A DNA stretch of 64,000 nt from Eledone cirrhosa (taxonomy: Eukaryota). Position 1 is the stretch's first letter. The number at the start of each line of letters is the position of its first letter. Below the pieces are notes generated by a model that saw only the letters and a list, made by a program, of their open reading frames with translations, had not been told where the DNA came from and made no database searches. Position numbers and translations under genes: made by a program. Location of the stretch: contig OZ024754.1 of the NCBI GenBank assembly GCA_964016885.1, positions 30,008,001 through 30,072,000 of the forward strand, written 5' to 3'. Positions 17,371 through 33,055 of this stretch are shown here, in pieces.

Positions 17371-18323
17371 GCATCCACCACAGAGGAAACTGCAACAAAC
17401 ACCCAACATTAACACCAATGGACAAATTGAGAAAGACAGTTTTTCCTACAGAAATACTAAGAAAGATAGATATCTTTAGAAACAATCACACTTCGGGTCA
17501 ATTTTTAACACCAATGGACAAACTAAGGAAGAAATACTAAGAAATATAGATACATTTAGAAACAATTACTGCTTCAGTCAACTTTAAGGTCACTCAGCCA
17601 TTTAGGTCAGTCCCACGGACAGCTCCCTTTACTACTATTAATAGTGATACTATTTCTACCACACCTCCCCGTCGTCTCTTTCTGCTTCCTCTACCCCTCC
17701 TTCGTCTTTCGCTTCTTTATTTGCCACAACCCTATTATTACTACCACACCTCCCCCTTTCTTTTCTTCTTCTTTTTCTTCTTCTTCTTCTTCTTCTTCTT
17801 CTTCTTCTTCTTCTCCCTATTCTTCTTCTTCTTCTCCTTCTTCCCCCTCCACTCCCTCTAATACCACCACTACTACCACTGTAGTTGAGGTCAACACCAG
17901 TCAGAAAAGAACAGAGAACCAGCTGTCTTCTAAACCAAGTTCTCCTCCCCCTGCTACTACCACTACCACTAGTGAAGTTATAGTCAACACCAGTCAGACG
18001 ATAGGCAACAAACCGACTTCTATTTCAAAGAGAGAGAGAGAAAGCGAAAATCGAAAATGTGAACTCATTTTTTTTATGTATGTAAACCATGGTCTCTTGT
18101 ACCATCTTGCTAATATACACCTTTTAAATTTTATTATACACTTCTGTAGCATGAAGAAGCCTAATAAATTTTTGGCTGAAACCGGTACGATAAATTCCTT
18201 TTTTGTAAATAAATATTTTGCTATTATTCTATGAAAAAATCCTATTAGAATTTTCTACTGTTTTTTCTTATTTCACTACTATATACTAAATCGTGTGTCA
18301 CTTCCCAACATTCTAAATATAAT

Positions 18324-18369
<46 letters not shown>

Positions 18370-18862
18370 TACTAAAACTCTGTGCTTGGTTGCTTGTTGG
18401 CTTGTCTGTAATGTAATACAGCCAAAAGGGTGCATAAATACTTTGAAAGGAAGTTGACACTGAAATGCGAATACAAATGGAATAAAACAAGTTTCGCGTA
18501 AATCGGTGCACGGGTTACCGAGATATGGGGTTTTCCGGGTACCTTCATAATTAGAGAGAGATAAGGATAGAGAGAAAGAGATAGTGGTTGAGAAAGAGTA
18601 GATTTAGAGAGAAACATAGAGAGGGAAAGAGAAGGAGACAGAGAAGGAAAATGGAAGAGAGGGGGAGCTGGTGGTGTTGTTGAATGAAATTTCAACCGGT
18701 GACTTCAAAGAAACGAATACAGCATGACTGTATCCTACTAAATAGAAAGGGTTTCTAGGTGTATGTGTATGTGTGTGTGGTGTGTGTGTGTGTGTGTGTC
18801 GGTGTCTGTGACTGGTGTATATAGGACACAGACACCCGCATACACACACACACACACACACA

Positions 18863-18940
<78 letters not shown>

Positions 18941-18949
18941 AACTCATAA

Positions 18950-19588
18950 TCTATATATATAAAACTGTGGTTGTCTGTCTGTCTATCGATTTTTGGCACA
19001 CATCTCCTCTTAGAATCTCTCACGGAATTGCACCGAAATTGCTATACTTGTACATTGAGCCCTAGCGAAGACATCGGAAAAAAAATATTTCAAATTGACC
19101 CGCCCTATCTGACGAAATCGAATATAATGTATCGATTTTTGAGCGTAAGTGATCAGTTATTTCCCTTTGTTCTGTTTACATTGAGCGTCTGCGTGCAAAA
19201 ATTAAAAAAATTACGCTGGCTTTCTCAGCGTTTAAAATGACATTAACACAATACACGAACAGTTGTCGAGCCAGCAAAATTTTGACCTGCAAAATTCATC
19301 AGTTCGAACACTAAGCTTCCGTTTTGCTTCATTTCCATTTAAAAGCCTTTTAAAACAATATTTTTACTTGAAAACAAGTCTATTTAAAGATTACGTAAAA
19401 CAAGCAAATATTTCGTAAAAAAAAGCAAAAATTATATAAGTTTATTTAAAATATATGTATCTGTAAATTTCGTTAGGCGTGCAGACAGACAGTCGTGCAG
19501 ACAGACTTTAAGCCAAAAAAGAAACTTAACATTGTAACTTTAACACAGCTACTGAGCGACCCCGAGCAACGCCGGGCTTTACTGCTAG
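18950..19588 (+). mobile_element. Non-autonomous Helitron
   Basis: 5' a|TCTATATATATAAAACTG, 3' hairpin CCCGagcaacgcCGGG followed 8 nt later by CTAG|t. A-T insertion site. Related to 46708-47629. Confidence 0.85.
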
Positions 19589-19680
19589 TATATTATAAAA
19601 TTAAATCAAAAATTGTTTAACACAAGTGAAGTTATTCTTTTCCTTTTTTTCAAATATATATATATATATATATATATACT

Positions 19681-19736
<56 letters not shown>

Positions 19737-19959
19737 TGAGTAAAGGTAGATAGAGAGGGGCAGAGAGTGATGTGTGGGAAGAAAGTGTGTAAGTGAAGTG
19801 TATTTCTAGATATTTCGGATTAAATTCCCGTAGTACTTTACTAAACTGTGGTGTGTGTATGTGTATGTACTTTAGTGAATATATAGTTGCATGAATGTAT
19901 AGTTATGGGTCTATTCATGCTTGTGTGTGTCTGTATAGTTATGTGGGTGTGTAGCTTTC

Positions 19960-20480
19960 TGAACATGTATAGCTGTGTGAGTGTGTATGTGACTGTATAG
20001 CTGTGAGAGTGTGTATGTGACTGTATAGCTGTGTGAGTGTGTATGTGACTGTATAGCTGTGTGAGTGTGTATGTGACTGTATAGCTGTGTGTGTGTATGT
20101 GACTGTATAAATGTGTGAGTGTGTATGTGACTGTATAGCTGTGTGAGTGTGAATGTGACTATATAAATGTATGTGTGTGTGTATATGACTGTATAAATGT
20201 GTGAGTGTGTATGTGACTGTATAGCTGTGTGAGTGTGAATGTGACTATATAAATGTATGTGTGTGTGTATATGACTGTATAAATGTGTGAGTGTGTATGT
20301 GACTGTATAGCTGTGTGAGTGTGAATGTGACTATATAAATGTATGTGTGTGTGTATATGACTGTATAAATGTGTGAGTGTGTATGTGACTGTATAGCTGT
20401 GTGAGTGTGAATGTGACTATATAAATGTATGTGTGTGTGTATATGACTGTATAAATGTGTGAGTGTGTATGTGACTGTAT
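19960..20480. repeat. Minisatellite: ~26-bp monomers grading into an 86-bp three-subunit repeat
   Basis: gactgtataaatgtgtgag recurs at 20101, 20187, 20273, 20359 and 20445. Confidence 0.85.
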
Positions 20481-20813
20481 ATATATATATATATATATAA
20501 GTGTATGTGCGGGCGGTGCTGTGTCGGTGTATGTGTATAGGGAGTTATTCGTGTACAGAAGTTGAGATAATAATGGATCATTCCGATGTTGAGAAGCGGC
20601 GGAATAAAATATTCTATTACAGACAGTCCAGTGTTGGCCAGGCGATAGATGCAATGTTCTCTCAGCTTCTGTCTAACAGAAGATCTGTCTATACAGTTGA
20701 GAAGATAAGATATGATGGACTGACTTCGAGGAGGGGAATTTCCTACTCATCTGCCACTAAAATCTGTTATAAATAACAGCAACTATGTGTCTTAGGTTTC
20801 ATTGTATGAGCAT

Positions 20814-20896
<83 letters not shown>

Positions 20897-20934
20897 TATA
20901 TAACTGCTCTGTAGAACAACTGATGTTATTACAT

Positions 20935-21057
20935 TGAGCTGAGTTCAAAACCCGCCGAGGTTGACTTTGCCTTTCATCCTTACGGGGTCGATAAAATAAA
21001 GTACCAGTAATGCACTGGGTAATTGCTGGCCTTGTGCCTAAAGTAGAAACAGTTATT
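20935..21057 (+). mobile_element. SINE family S, 5'-truncated
   Basis: B box and core as in 26610-26801. Confidence 0.8.
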
Positions 21058-21183
21058 ACATTGAGCTATTTATCTTACTGGTAATAAGGTAGTAATAAAT
21101 TACTGACGTTCCCTGTTTATGGTTTAAAATATACATAACTATAAATAGTATCCTTAATATTATATATATATATATATATACAT

Positions 21184-21570
<387 letters not shown>

Positions 21571-21573
21571 ATA

Positions 21574-21690
<117 letters not shown>

Positions 21691-21727
21691 ATGCTCATAC
21701 AATGAAACCTAAGACACATAGGTGCTG

Positions 21728-21782
<55 letters not shown>

Positions 21783-21831
21783 TATACATGTATATATACA
21801 TATATATACATATATATGTGTATATATATAC

Positions 21832-21862
<31 letters not shown>

Positions 21863-21873
21863 CATATATATAC

Positions 21874-21910
<37 letters not shown>

Positions 21911-22006
21911 CATACATATACATACATATACATACATATATATATATATACAGAGAGAGAGAGAGACATATACATACTCATACTAGCGTTGATGATGATG
22001 ATGGTG

Positions 22007-22039
<33 letters not shown>

Positions 22040-22199
22040 AATATATGTGTGTGCGTATGTGTACAAAGAAAGCAATTGATTTAGTTATATTTTGGGCGCT
22101 ATAGGCTGCACAATCCTCTCTACTATATTTCAAAACTGCTTCAAAAGTATTTAGTGTTTGAGGTTCATCATTGTCACTCAGGTAACACATTGATGACGG

Positions 22200-22735
22200 G
22201 TTACATAAACTTCCCCATTTTTGACCAGGTGACTCGTCTACAAATAATTTGAAATCAAACTACTTCTATCTCCATTCAGAAAACTAAACTCAGTCTCGTA
22301 TCTGACATAAGATTCGGCACTTCTGACAACTTAGCTGCAATAAACATTAATAAAAAGATTAACTCAGCATAGGGCTACGAAATGTTTCCTTCTAGTGTCC
22401 AGAAGAAGTGTCGAGATGGACTAGCTTTCGTTCTAGCTAATCTCTGGAAGAACTCAAATGGACTCCATGGGGATTTTCTATCACAGTCTGGTCACCCAGT
22501 TTTCAAAATAAAATAAGTTCCTTGCAGTGAATTATCTTCTGATTTCCCTCACCACTCATATCATTAAGTTATTTGAGAAGATGGTGAGATCACAAATAGC
22601 ACACTTACTGAACGGAATGCAACAACCACCTGAATTACAGCCAACATGCTTACCGCAATGGCGAGGACTATTTAACGAAGCTTCTGGCATCATTTGAGTG
22701 ACTTTCTAAAGGCGTTTGGAGATTTACCAAAGTTA
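22200..22735 (+). pseudogene. Heavily decayed CR1/Jockey-group LINE reverse transcriptase fragment
   Basis: Frame-broken remnants NSA*GYEMFPSSVQKKCRDGLAFVLANLWKNS and LTTHIIKLFEKMVRSQI resemble RT domains 0-2. Confidence 0.6.
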
Positions 22736-22783
22736 TACATACATACATACATACATACATACATACATACATACATACATACA

Positions 22784-22816
<33 letters not shown>

Positions 22817-23030
22817 CTGTGTGTCTGAAGCTGTGTGTGTGTGCACGTGTGTGTGTATGTGAGTGTGCGTTAGTGTTTATGTATATGTGTGTACGTCTGT
22901 GTCTATGTATGTATTTATATATGTATGTATATATATATATGTGTGTGTGTGTATGTTTGTCTGTGTGTGTGTGTATATATGTGTGCGTGTATGTATGTAT
23001 ATATGCATGTATGTATATATACACATATAA

Positions 23031-23079
<49 letters not shown>

Positions 23080-23579
23080 TGTGTGTGTGTGTTTTTCTAT
23101 ATATGTATATATATGTATGTATGCATATATGTATGTATGCATATATGTATGTATATATAGGTGAGCGTGTGCATGAGTGTGTAGGAATGTAAATGTCAGG
23201 TGTCAGAAATGTCAGCAATGCCACAGACTGGAAGAGAAGAGATGAAAGATAATATTTCCTTAAAATAACCCAGGGGGCTATGTTCAAAGGTTTGGGCATA
23301 CCAATGGTGGTAATTCTCGAAATATTAGGGCACTATCAATTGTTGTGGCATATCATAATTTGTTATTATGGACACCAGTGGTGCGTCCATTGTGTGGGCC
23401 TTCTATGATAGTGCAAATATATATATATATATTTACATGGGATAACAAGTTATCGTTTTAGGTAATCCAGTTAGAGGTTGTGAGTACTCTGTATTGGGGA
23501 TAGTTTTAACGTACAATTGTTAATACTATAAATAAAACCTTTTTTGTACAGCCGACCATGTTATTCTTCACTCTTTCAC

Positions 23580-24519
<940 letters not shown>

Positions 24520-26609
24520 TATATATATATACTCACGCACATATATGTGTGCACATATATGTACATTTGTATATATATGTATATATATATATATTTAGGT
24601 CAGTACCACAATGACGCCATACCAGGTGCGTACGTTTCGTTGATCGTTGACGACAAACTTTTTCAACGTGATGTGTGTGTGTGTATGTATGCGTGTATGT
24701 GCACGCATATGCATATATATGTAGGAATCTGTATATATGTATGTGTGTGGGGGGTGCGTGTGTGTGTGTGTGTGTGTGCGTGCCTGTGTATATGTATGTA
24801 TGCCTGTATGAGTTTGTTTGTACATAATAATGTAGCTATATTAAAATATATTGGTGGTATATGCTATATAGGATGTAAACATCTAATATACACCTCTGTA
24901 ACGTGAAATACTTTTTTTATTTGCTACCAATAAGTGGCAGTTACTTGCAACGCAAGATTCACATGTTTCGTTTTACTATTTTGTCAGCGAAGGAAGGAAC
25001 ATGCTCAGAAGCCTTTTCAGAACCCTTGTCCTCGAGATTATTGGGAAGTAGGTGGGATAGTATATTCACACCTGACACCTAGTTCAAATGCTTCCGAAAT
25101 AGCGTACCTAGCTAAGGACAACCAGGCCCAAGAGGTGGTATTAAAGCGTCTGATTGAACTAGTCTATCACCCAATTAAAGTACACGTGTTCTCTTTATGA
25201 CCCTTATGAATTATATAGTAACATATTTTCTTTAAATGTTATAGTTGTATCTACATTAATTTACATCATTACTTTATTACTACGTATTCTTCTTCCAGTG
25301 TATTTTTATTCATATTCAATTTTATTATGTCTTGTATATATTTGGCATATAATCAAATGGTTATGTCTCAAAATATATTCCGTCTTCATCGGTTCTGAAC
25401 AGACAAATATGAAGAAAAGTGTTATTGTATATTTTATATCGATATCACATTCAAAATGAGGTGAATTCACAGAGTCGTTAGATCGTCGGATAGAGTGCTT
25501 TGTAATGTCCGTTCCAGCTCTCTGCTTTCTCAGTTCAGATCCCTCCATTGCCAACTTCAATTGTAATCGAGGTTTCACAAAATTGGAGTCTCAAACGCTG
25601 CCTAATTGAGATCAATGGGCTTCTTTCTTTTTTCATTTCATTTTCCCCGTCGTCAGAAACTCTCTATCCAGTACATTATTTATTTCCCACTCTATTATCA
25701 AGCCACACAATCAATCTGTAACATCCAGCTATTATGTTACACTCACTCAAGTATAAATATGATTGAATGATTCTAACTCCTTCATATAATAGGCTTTCAA
25801 CTTGGTTTTATATTGTTTTATGGCTTCTTCTGTGTGATACCTAGTCAAATAATGACTCTTCCTCCGACATATCTGCTGTTTAATCTTTCCCAAGTCCCCT
25901 ATAATTATTGATGATAATATTGTGTTTGAATTAAACAAATGTTCAACAAGGGTTGTTTTATGACATGTAATTTTATTTAAATTTACAACTGTCCATTTCT
26001 AAGATCAGTTTAAGTGATGTAAATATCGGTCATAAAATCATTTACAATACAACCTGATAACCCTAGATACGTGTAGAGATGCTAAACAAAAGACATTAAA
26101 TTTTATCATTTATTTCTAGAGACGTTTAACATTGGTCATTATTTACAGCTTTCAATGAAAATAAACAGACAAATATAACCTCTAATAAACAAAATATTAT
26201 ATTGTCTCGAGCTGATAGTGTCACGTGGTTGGATTAACACTGCCGCTCTCCTTCTTTACAGATAAAATGAAAATATTAAATAAAGCTGTTACTATTTGTG
26301 TTAGCCTCATGAAAGAAAAAAACACATTTTAAAGATAACATTTAAAGAGAATATTATATTTAATTTTTAATTTTCTTCGACAATAACTTTTAAAATTATC
26401 ATCAACGTTTTTATTATTCGGTTGTTTTATTTTGATTACATGTTTTTCACTGCATTAACGAACGGAGTTCTGTGCAGTATTTCTTTTTAGTTTTAGATTT
26501 TCTATTGTATTGACAGTCGCCACCTATATGTATATACATGCATACGTTCTGTAGTTCGGGTATGTATTAACCTGCATGTTTTAAAATCATTCCAATACAT
26601 GTTATTTTA

Positions 26610-26801
26610 AGGGCGGTGGATTGGCAGTATCGGTAGAGGGTCAGACACCATGCCTTCCAGCATAGTTACGTCCCTTTACGATCTGAGTTCAAATCCCGCC
26701 GAGGTTGACTTTGCCTTTCATCCTTACGGGGTCGATAAAATAAAGTACCAGTAATGCACTGGGTAATTGCTGGCCTTGTGCCTAAAGTAGAAACAGTTAT
26801 T
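26610..26801 (+). mobile_element. SINE family S, full length
   Basis: gggcggtggattggcagtatcggtag...gagttcaaatcccgccgaggttgactttgcctttcatcc...agtagaaacagttatt. Confidence 0.85.
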
Positions 26802-28744
26802 TTAAGGACTTTCGTAATGGTTTCAATTTCAATATTAACTCAATTTCCATCTGTTTCTATTTGGTTAATTCTGTTCAGAAATACATTTTCACCTTCAATT
26901 ATTGAAACGTTTAGAGGCACTTAATTAAGAGGCACTTATTTTTCTTGTGGTCCTTTGTGGCAATATCCGTTTAAACATTAGTATTTACCTCCACTGTGTA
27001 AGATGGGCATAATACAGAGCATGATGGCTTTCACATTCTCCGATAATTTTCCTTACGCATGTTTATACCACCTCTTTTTCTTTATTTTACTCTTTTACTG
27101 GTTTCAGTCATTGGACAATGGCCATACTGGGGCATTGTCTTCGTGGGTTTAGATGATTATATCCACTCCAGTACTTATCTAGTACATATTTCATCGATTT
27201 TCATGTGTCTGCATTATAGGATACAAACACAGACAAAATACGCAAATTGACTTTCTCCTTGAGCAGTCTATCCGATTCAAAAGTTATTGCACTGGTGAAC
27301 TCTCAAGGAAATACTTGTAGATATTGAACTACACTCTAATATCAAACTGAGAAGGTATGTAGCCTAGTGACTGGGGTGTTGGCCTTACGACCATATGGTC
27401 GTTGGTTTGATTCCTTAACCAAGCGTTGAGTTCTTGAATTCGCGTTACTTTTCATAATAAGAAACATCTAATGAGATGCAGCTTTATAGGAGGCCAGCTA
27501 AAACTACATAGTTGTAGGTTGCAACAACTACAACAATAACTAGGGACCCGATCATTAAAACACAATAGAAACCTATCAAATGCCAGATTATAGGAGATCA
27601 GCTGAACCTGTGTAGATAGATATTAAGTGTAACAGCAACAAAGTATCAAACTGAAATATTTACAGCTTGAAGTGTTTTCTGAGTATGAGATACTGATATC
27701 CAGTTTTAAGTGGGATATCTTCGATGTATAGCAGGTGGCTTTATTATTCCTTCGACCCTGTATCTATTTATCCCATAAATATATAAGCTGAGGTATTACA
27801 GAATGGCTAGGGATATAGTTTTGTCATTATGTAGATTATTTCTGTTGTTGCAACTCTACGTTTATGATGTAGCGTTTACTTTCATGTTTCAAACTAGCAT
27901 AAACGTTTTAGGAATCCTATAATTGCTATTAACAAAGTAAACTGTTCGATTCAGATGAAAAATTATGGGTTTCGCTTTCATTTTGAAAGATTATAACTCT
28001 GTTTATAACCCAGAAACATATCGATTTCGTTCAAGTTAAAAGCATGTGGATTCATCTTTCTGAAAGTCACTCATTTTAGATTGATGGTGAAAAATTGTTT
28101 CTTTTTAATATTCAATATATATACATACATTTTTAATATTAAATATATATACATACATGCTTGATAACATAACATATCTTTATACCCATGGCTTGCTCCA
28201 CCTACGACATTATTAGCGATCTCTATCCCAGAAAATATTCCTTTATATATTTCCAACCATCAACAGGAAAAAATAGTATAATTGTCTGTCAGTGTATTTT
28301 ATCTTCTACCCCTGTATCCCACGCAGTATATCACATCTTTATTCGAATAGCTTCCAGCTGACACCTCGTTCTATGAAAACTCATTCACATTAACAATAAT
28401 AAGTTAAAGGAGTTTCTAACATTCATTATATATGTTCCCTTTTATAGTTCCTAAAGAAACACAGCTATGACATAATGTCGTATTGTTATAATAAAATATT
28501 CTACGAATTATATCACGTTCCAGATTAGGGCTAGAAAGCTTTATTGGAATGTATATAAAACATTAGTTTTATGAAGAAAAAACGATACAACATACCTTTG
28601 TATCACCTGAGGTATAGTTCTCTTCATAAATATATAAGTATTTCAGGATTTGTTTTCAGAGACGTCTCAATGCGTGTATGAGAGAGAATTTGTGTGTGTG
28701 AGTGTGTGTGTGTGTGTGTGTGCGCGCGCGCGTGTGTGTGTGTG

Positions 28745-29508
28745 TATGTGTGAGGTATCTCTCTACATATTTATGAACTGAAGTGATATACTCATACAGA
28801 GAGGTGCAGCTTGTCTGTATGGGTATAGTGAGTAGAGGTGAGAGAAAGAGAGGGAAAGGAACAGAGGAGAAACCGATCCCAATGTTTGACTGATACTTCA
28901 TTTATGGATCTCCGAAAGGATGAAAGGCAATGTTGGCATTGGGTTGGATTTGAACTCAAAGCGCAGAGATGAGCCGGACTACATAACGCAATGCGTTCTA
29001 TCCGAAACCGCAAGGACTGCTAATTACGTGCTCACAAACTAAGATAAAATTGTGACGTAATTGTAGCTGATAAAATGGTTTGGGTGTGTTTGTGGTAGTG
29101 TATGTTGTATGTATTGGGAGTGTATTATACAAGTAAATATTTGAATTCATGGAAAATTCAGATTTTCTTTCCAATATTCTTTAGGACACATATGTTAGTT
29201 TCCCGAACACTTCAGCTTTAGTATAACAAGCGTCGACCATATTTTGAAGATGTGTAATACCAACCAAGTACAATCTTAATCAACAATTTCCCTCAAGTAA
29301 AATAAACCAAGTTTTCATTTTCAAAATGGAAGTAATTTGTTGTATATATCTCGGTAAATATTCATAGTAATGGTGGCCTTTTCAGAAAGTAATACAGAAC
29401 ATATCAGAAAAGTTTGTAATGTAGTTAAACATTGCGGTTTCTTTAATTATAAGTTTTCTCAATAGGATTGAATAGGATAGATGAACCAAATGCAGATACA
29501 CACACACA
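28745..29508 (+). repeat. Local duplication, copy 1 (~760 bp)
   Basis: Near-identical to 31865-32600. The same ORF translations (MKYQSNIGIG..., MRFRIERIAL...) appear twice. Confidence 0.92.
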
Positions 29509-29514
29509 CACACA

Positions 29515-29593
<79 letters not shown>

Positions 29594-29597
<4 letters not shown>

Positions 29598-30168
29598 AAT
29601 ATGGGTGAGAAGAATACTGCTGGTTGCACATGGATAACATGTTAAAAAATGAGCCCCTCATCAGTGATTTACCAAACGATCATGGGTATTTCATCGCATT
29701 AAAAATCATATACCTCACGTTGGAGCGATAATAACTAAAATAAGTTATTAGGACAATAGAAACGCGTAAAGCGAGTGAGACAAGTAAACAACACAGGGGG
29801 AAGCTAACCGAAGATGGAAATAAACACAAGCAACATAGTTATTCGTTCAGCATAAGCTGAGTGAATATATGAGCGAGTCAGAAAACAGACCTTTCGCTAG
29901 TGAATCCGGTGTTAGAAAGAATGAAAACCGTTTTCCCAGCGAACGGGAGGAAGAAAGAAGGGGAGAAACAGGGACTGAGTCAGTGGGAGTGCGAGGAAGA
30001 GGTCAGTAGAGAGAAAGAGTTAACTGACATGGCAGAGGGGACGAAAGAAAGTAAGAGAAACAGAGAGAACGAGGGAGCAGTAAGAGAGAAAGAGAGAAAC
30101 ACAGAATTGCAAAAATATGGGTGAGAATAATACTGCTGGTTGCACATGGATAACATGTTAAAAAAGGA
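29594..30168 (-). mobile_element. 516-nt unit with ~55-nt terminal direct repeat and broken hammerhead, in (TA)n
   Basis: 29595-29650 repeats at 30111-30165. Minus strand reads CTGATGA-GGGGCTC-atttttt-AACATGTT-A. Partial homolog at 51905-52120. Confidence 0.6.
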
Positions 30169-30482
30169 GTATATATATATATACATAAAATACAGTTTGC
30201 AAGATTTAGCATTCTGGAGCCACTTTTCACTGTATATAAGGTGCAAAATTTACCCATCTCATTACAGTTGAAAATTGCAAACTTGACTGTCACCACACAT
30301 TATGAACCTGAATATTGCGAAAGCATGAAAGTACTTGTTCAATTAACACTTAACATTTAATATTCTATCATACTATTTCATTATAATACCATTATAAATT
30401 TTAAAGGATTGTAAATCAGACAAAGTTGGAATTCCTTTTATTAATATAATCTTCTATACACACCCGTGTATATTTATCTATC

Positions 30483-30516
<34 letters not shown>

Positions 30517-30892
30517 TATTTGTCTTGAAAGACTAATTTTCAGTAACTTCTCAATCAGCCGAGACAAACCTACATTTGACGCAAAATCAATTTTTAACAT
30601 TCACATGACCTCTACCGACCAATCAAAATTGTTTTGACCACAAGAATGTTTTCATACATCTGGAGCCACTTTTTTTACATAAAACAGGTAGAATTTCAAA
30701 AACTAATCAGATTAGAGAAAACATCACGGGCGCTCTATCTCAAAATTATTTTTGAAAAGCATTAGAAATGCGCAACCGGTAAAACTTAAAACCAAAACTA
30801 AATACTAACCAATACTATGACTAATTTTTACTTATTCCTAATTAAACTATTTTTCACTGGGAACAATTTGTCAGCATTTTCTTTTCCTTTTA

Positions 30893-30974
<82 letters not shown>

Positions 30975-30975
<1 letters not shown>

Positions 30976-31081
30976 ACAATATGTTGAAAAGGTAACACAT
31001 TAGAGAGAGATAGTGCGCCATCAATGTTTTATTGATGGCGCACTATCTCTCTCTAGTGTGTTACCTTTTCAACATATTGTA
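30975..31081. repeat. Near-perfect hairpin, 51-bp arms with 5-nt loop
   Basis: tacaatatgttgaaaagg...gcgccatcaat gtttt attgatggcgc...ccttttcaacatattgta. Confidence 0.92.
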
Positions 31082-31162
31082 TTTTAAAGAACTCAGGATT
31101 CCTTCTCCTTTGAGCACATTATTGACAGGGAATAGCGAGAGTCTATGGCTCCGTTAATTTAT

Positions 31163-31192
<30 letters not shown>

Positions 31193-31195
<3 letters not shown>

Positions 31196-31402
31196 ACAAA
31201 GGAATTGTGGTAAGGAACAGGTGGACCATAACGCACCAAAGTACTCAATACTTAGGGTAGTAGAGTGGGAAATAGGAAAAAGTATGACCCCGACGGCAGA
31301 GCTCAAGCCGTTTCGACGGCTATTTCTGGACTAAAATTGTAGTCCAGAAATAGCCGTCGAAACGACTTGAGCTCTGCCGTCGGGGTCATGCTTTTTTCCT
31401 AT
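31193..31402. mobile_element. Family A copy with ~60-bp fold-back
   Basis: 31272-31333 is inverted at 31340-31402. Flanked by (TA)n. Confidence 0.8.
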
Positions 31403-31597
31403 ATATATATATATATATATATATAGCTTACAATACCCCCCTTTACCGTTCCTATCTGAACTCTTGACCAGTCCACTAACACAACTGAGATTTTCTATGT
31501 GAAAGAATACAGCTCCCACCACTGCTGCTGCTACTACCATCCCTCTATATACACAAGAGTTCATTTTACAGTCTCCCTCTCAACAAGGAAGATGTAA

Positions 31598-31664
<67 letters not shown>

Positions 31665-31724
31665 TGGCCCTGTGATAAACAGGTGAAACTCCAGAGTATC
31701 AAGACTCACGCCTTAATAATATCA

Positions 31725-31757
<33 letters not shown>

Positions 31758-31826
31758 TAGATAGATATAGATATATGTGTGTTTGTGTGGGTGTGTGTGG
31801 GGGGGCGCGTGTGTGTGTGTGTGTAT

Positions 31827-31864
<38 letters not shown>

Positions 31865-31866
<2 letters not shown>

Positions 31867-32600
31867 ATGTGAGGTATCTCTCTACATATTTATGAACTGA
31901 AGTGATATACTCATACAGAGAGGTGCAGCTTGTCTGTATGGGTATAGTGAGTAGAGGTGAGAGAAAGAGAGAGAAAGGAACAGAGGAGAAACCGATCCCA
32001 ATGTTTGACTGATACTTCATTTATGGATCTCCGAAAGGATGAAAGGCAATGTTGGCATTGGGTTGGATTTGAACTCAAAGCGCAGAGATGAGCCGGACTA
32101 CATAACGCAATGCGTTCTATCCGAAACCGCAACGACTGCTAATTACGTGCTCACAAATTAAGATAAAATTGTGGCGTAATTGTAGCTGATAAAATGGTTT
32201 GGGTGTGTTTGTGGTAGTGTATGTTGTATGTATTGGGAGTGTATTATACAAGTAAATATTTGAATTCATGGAAAATTCAGATTTTCTTTCCAATATTCTT
32301 TAGGACACATATGTTAGTTTCCCGAACACTTCAGCTTTAGTATAACAAGCGTCGACCATATTTTGAAGATGTGTAATACCAACCAAGTACAATCTTAATC
32401 AACAATTTCCCTCAAGTAAAATAAACCAAGTTTTCATTTTCAAAATGGAAGTAATTTGTTGTATATATCTCAGTAAATATTCATAGTAATGGTGGCCTTT
32501 TCAGAAAGTAATACAGAGCATATCAGAAAAGCGGTTTCTTTAATTATAAGTTTTCTCAATAGGATTGAATAGGGTAGATGAACCAAATGCAGATACACAC
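31865..32600 (+). repeat. Local duplication, copy 2
   Basis: Matches 28745-29508 with a ~23-nt deletion near 32531. Confidence 0.92.
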
Positions 32601-32624
32601 ACGCACCCACTCACACACACACAC

Positions 32625-32739
<115 letters not shown>

Positions 32740-32863
32740 TGTATATATAGTGTATTTAGCAATACACTGTATGCTTAATTAAAAGCATTTTGAAGACCAT
32801 ACGCTATTGTTTTAAAATAGTGACAATGTCACTTATTTAAATTTTCAGCAAACAGGGGAGATA

Positions 32864-32908
32864 AACTGACAGGGCTCTGTTTCGTACTTTTTGGTACTTA
32901 TCAAAGCT
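32864..32908 (-). ncRNA. Hammerhead, U3-A8 core variant (inverted copy)
   Basis: Minus strand reads AGCT-TTGATAA-GTAC caaaaa GTAC-GAAA-CAGAGCCCTG-TC-AGTT. Confidence 0.7.
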
Positions 32909-33010
32909 CACTACTCCTCCTCTTTGCTGAAAATTATGTCTGTTGGATTCTTATAGAATTCCAGTAATAATCATAATTATTTAAATTTTCAGCAAACAGG
33001 AGGAGTATGT

Positions 33011-33055
33011 AGCTTTGATAAGTACCAAAAAGTACGAAACAGAGCTCTGTCAGTT
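33011..33055 (+). ncRNA. Hammerhead, U3-A8 core variant, GUC site
   Basis: AGCT-TTGATAA-GTAC caaaaa GTAC-GAAA-CAGAGCTCTG-TC-AGTT. Stem III is palindromic. Confidence 0.75.

Noticed and set aside
26610-26700. tRNA gene
   Set aside because: A and B boxes are present but there is no full cloverleaf, and the sequence runs into the SINE core in many copies.
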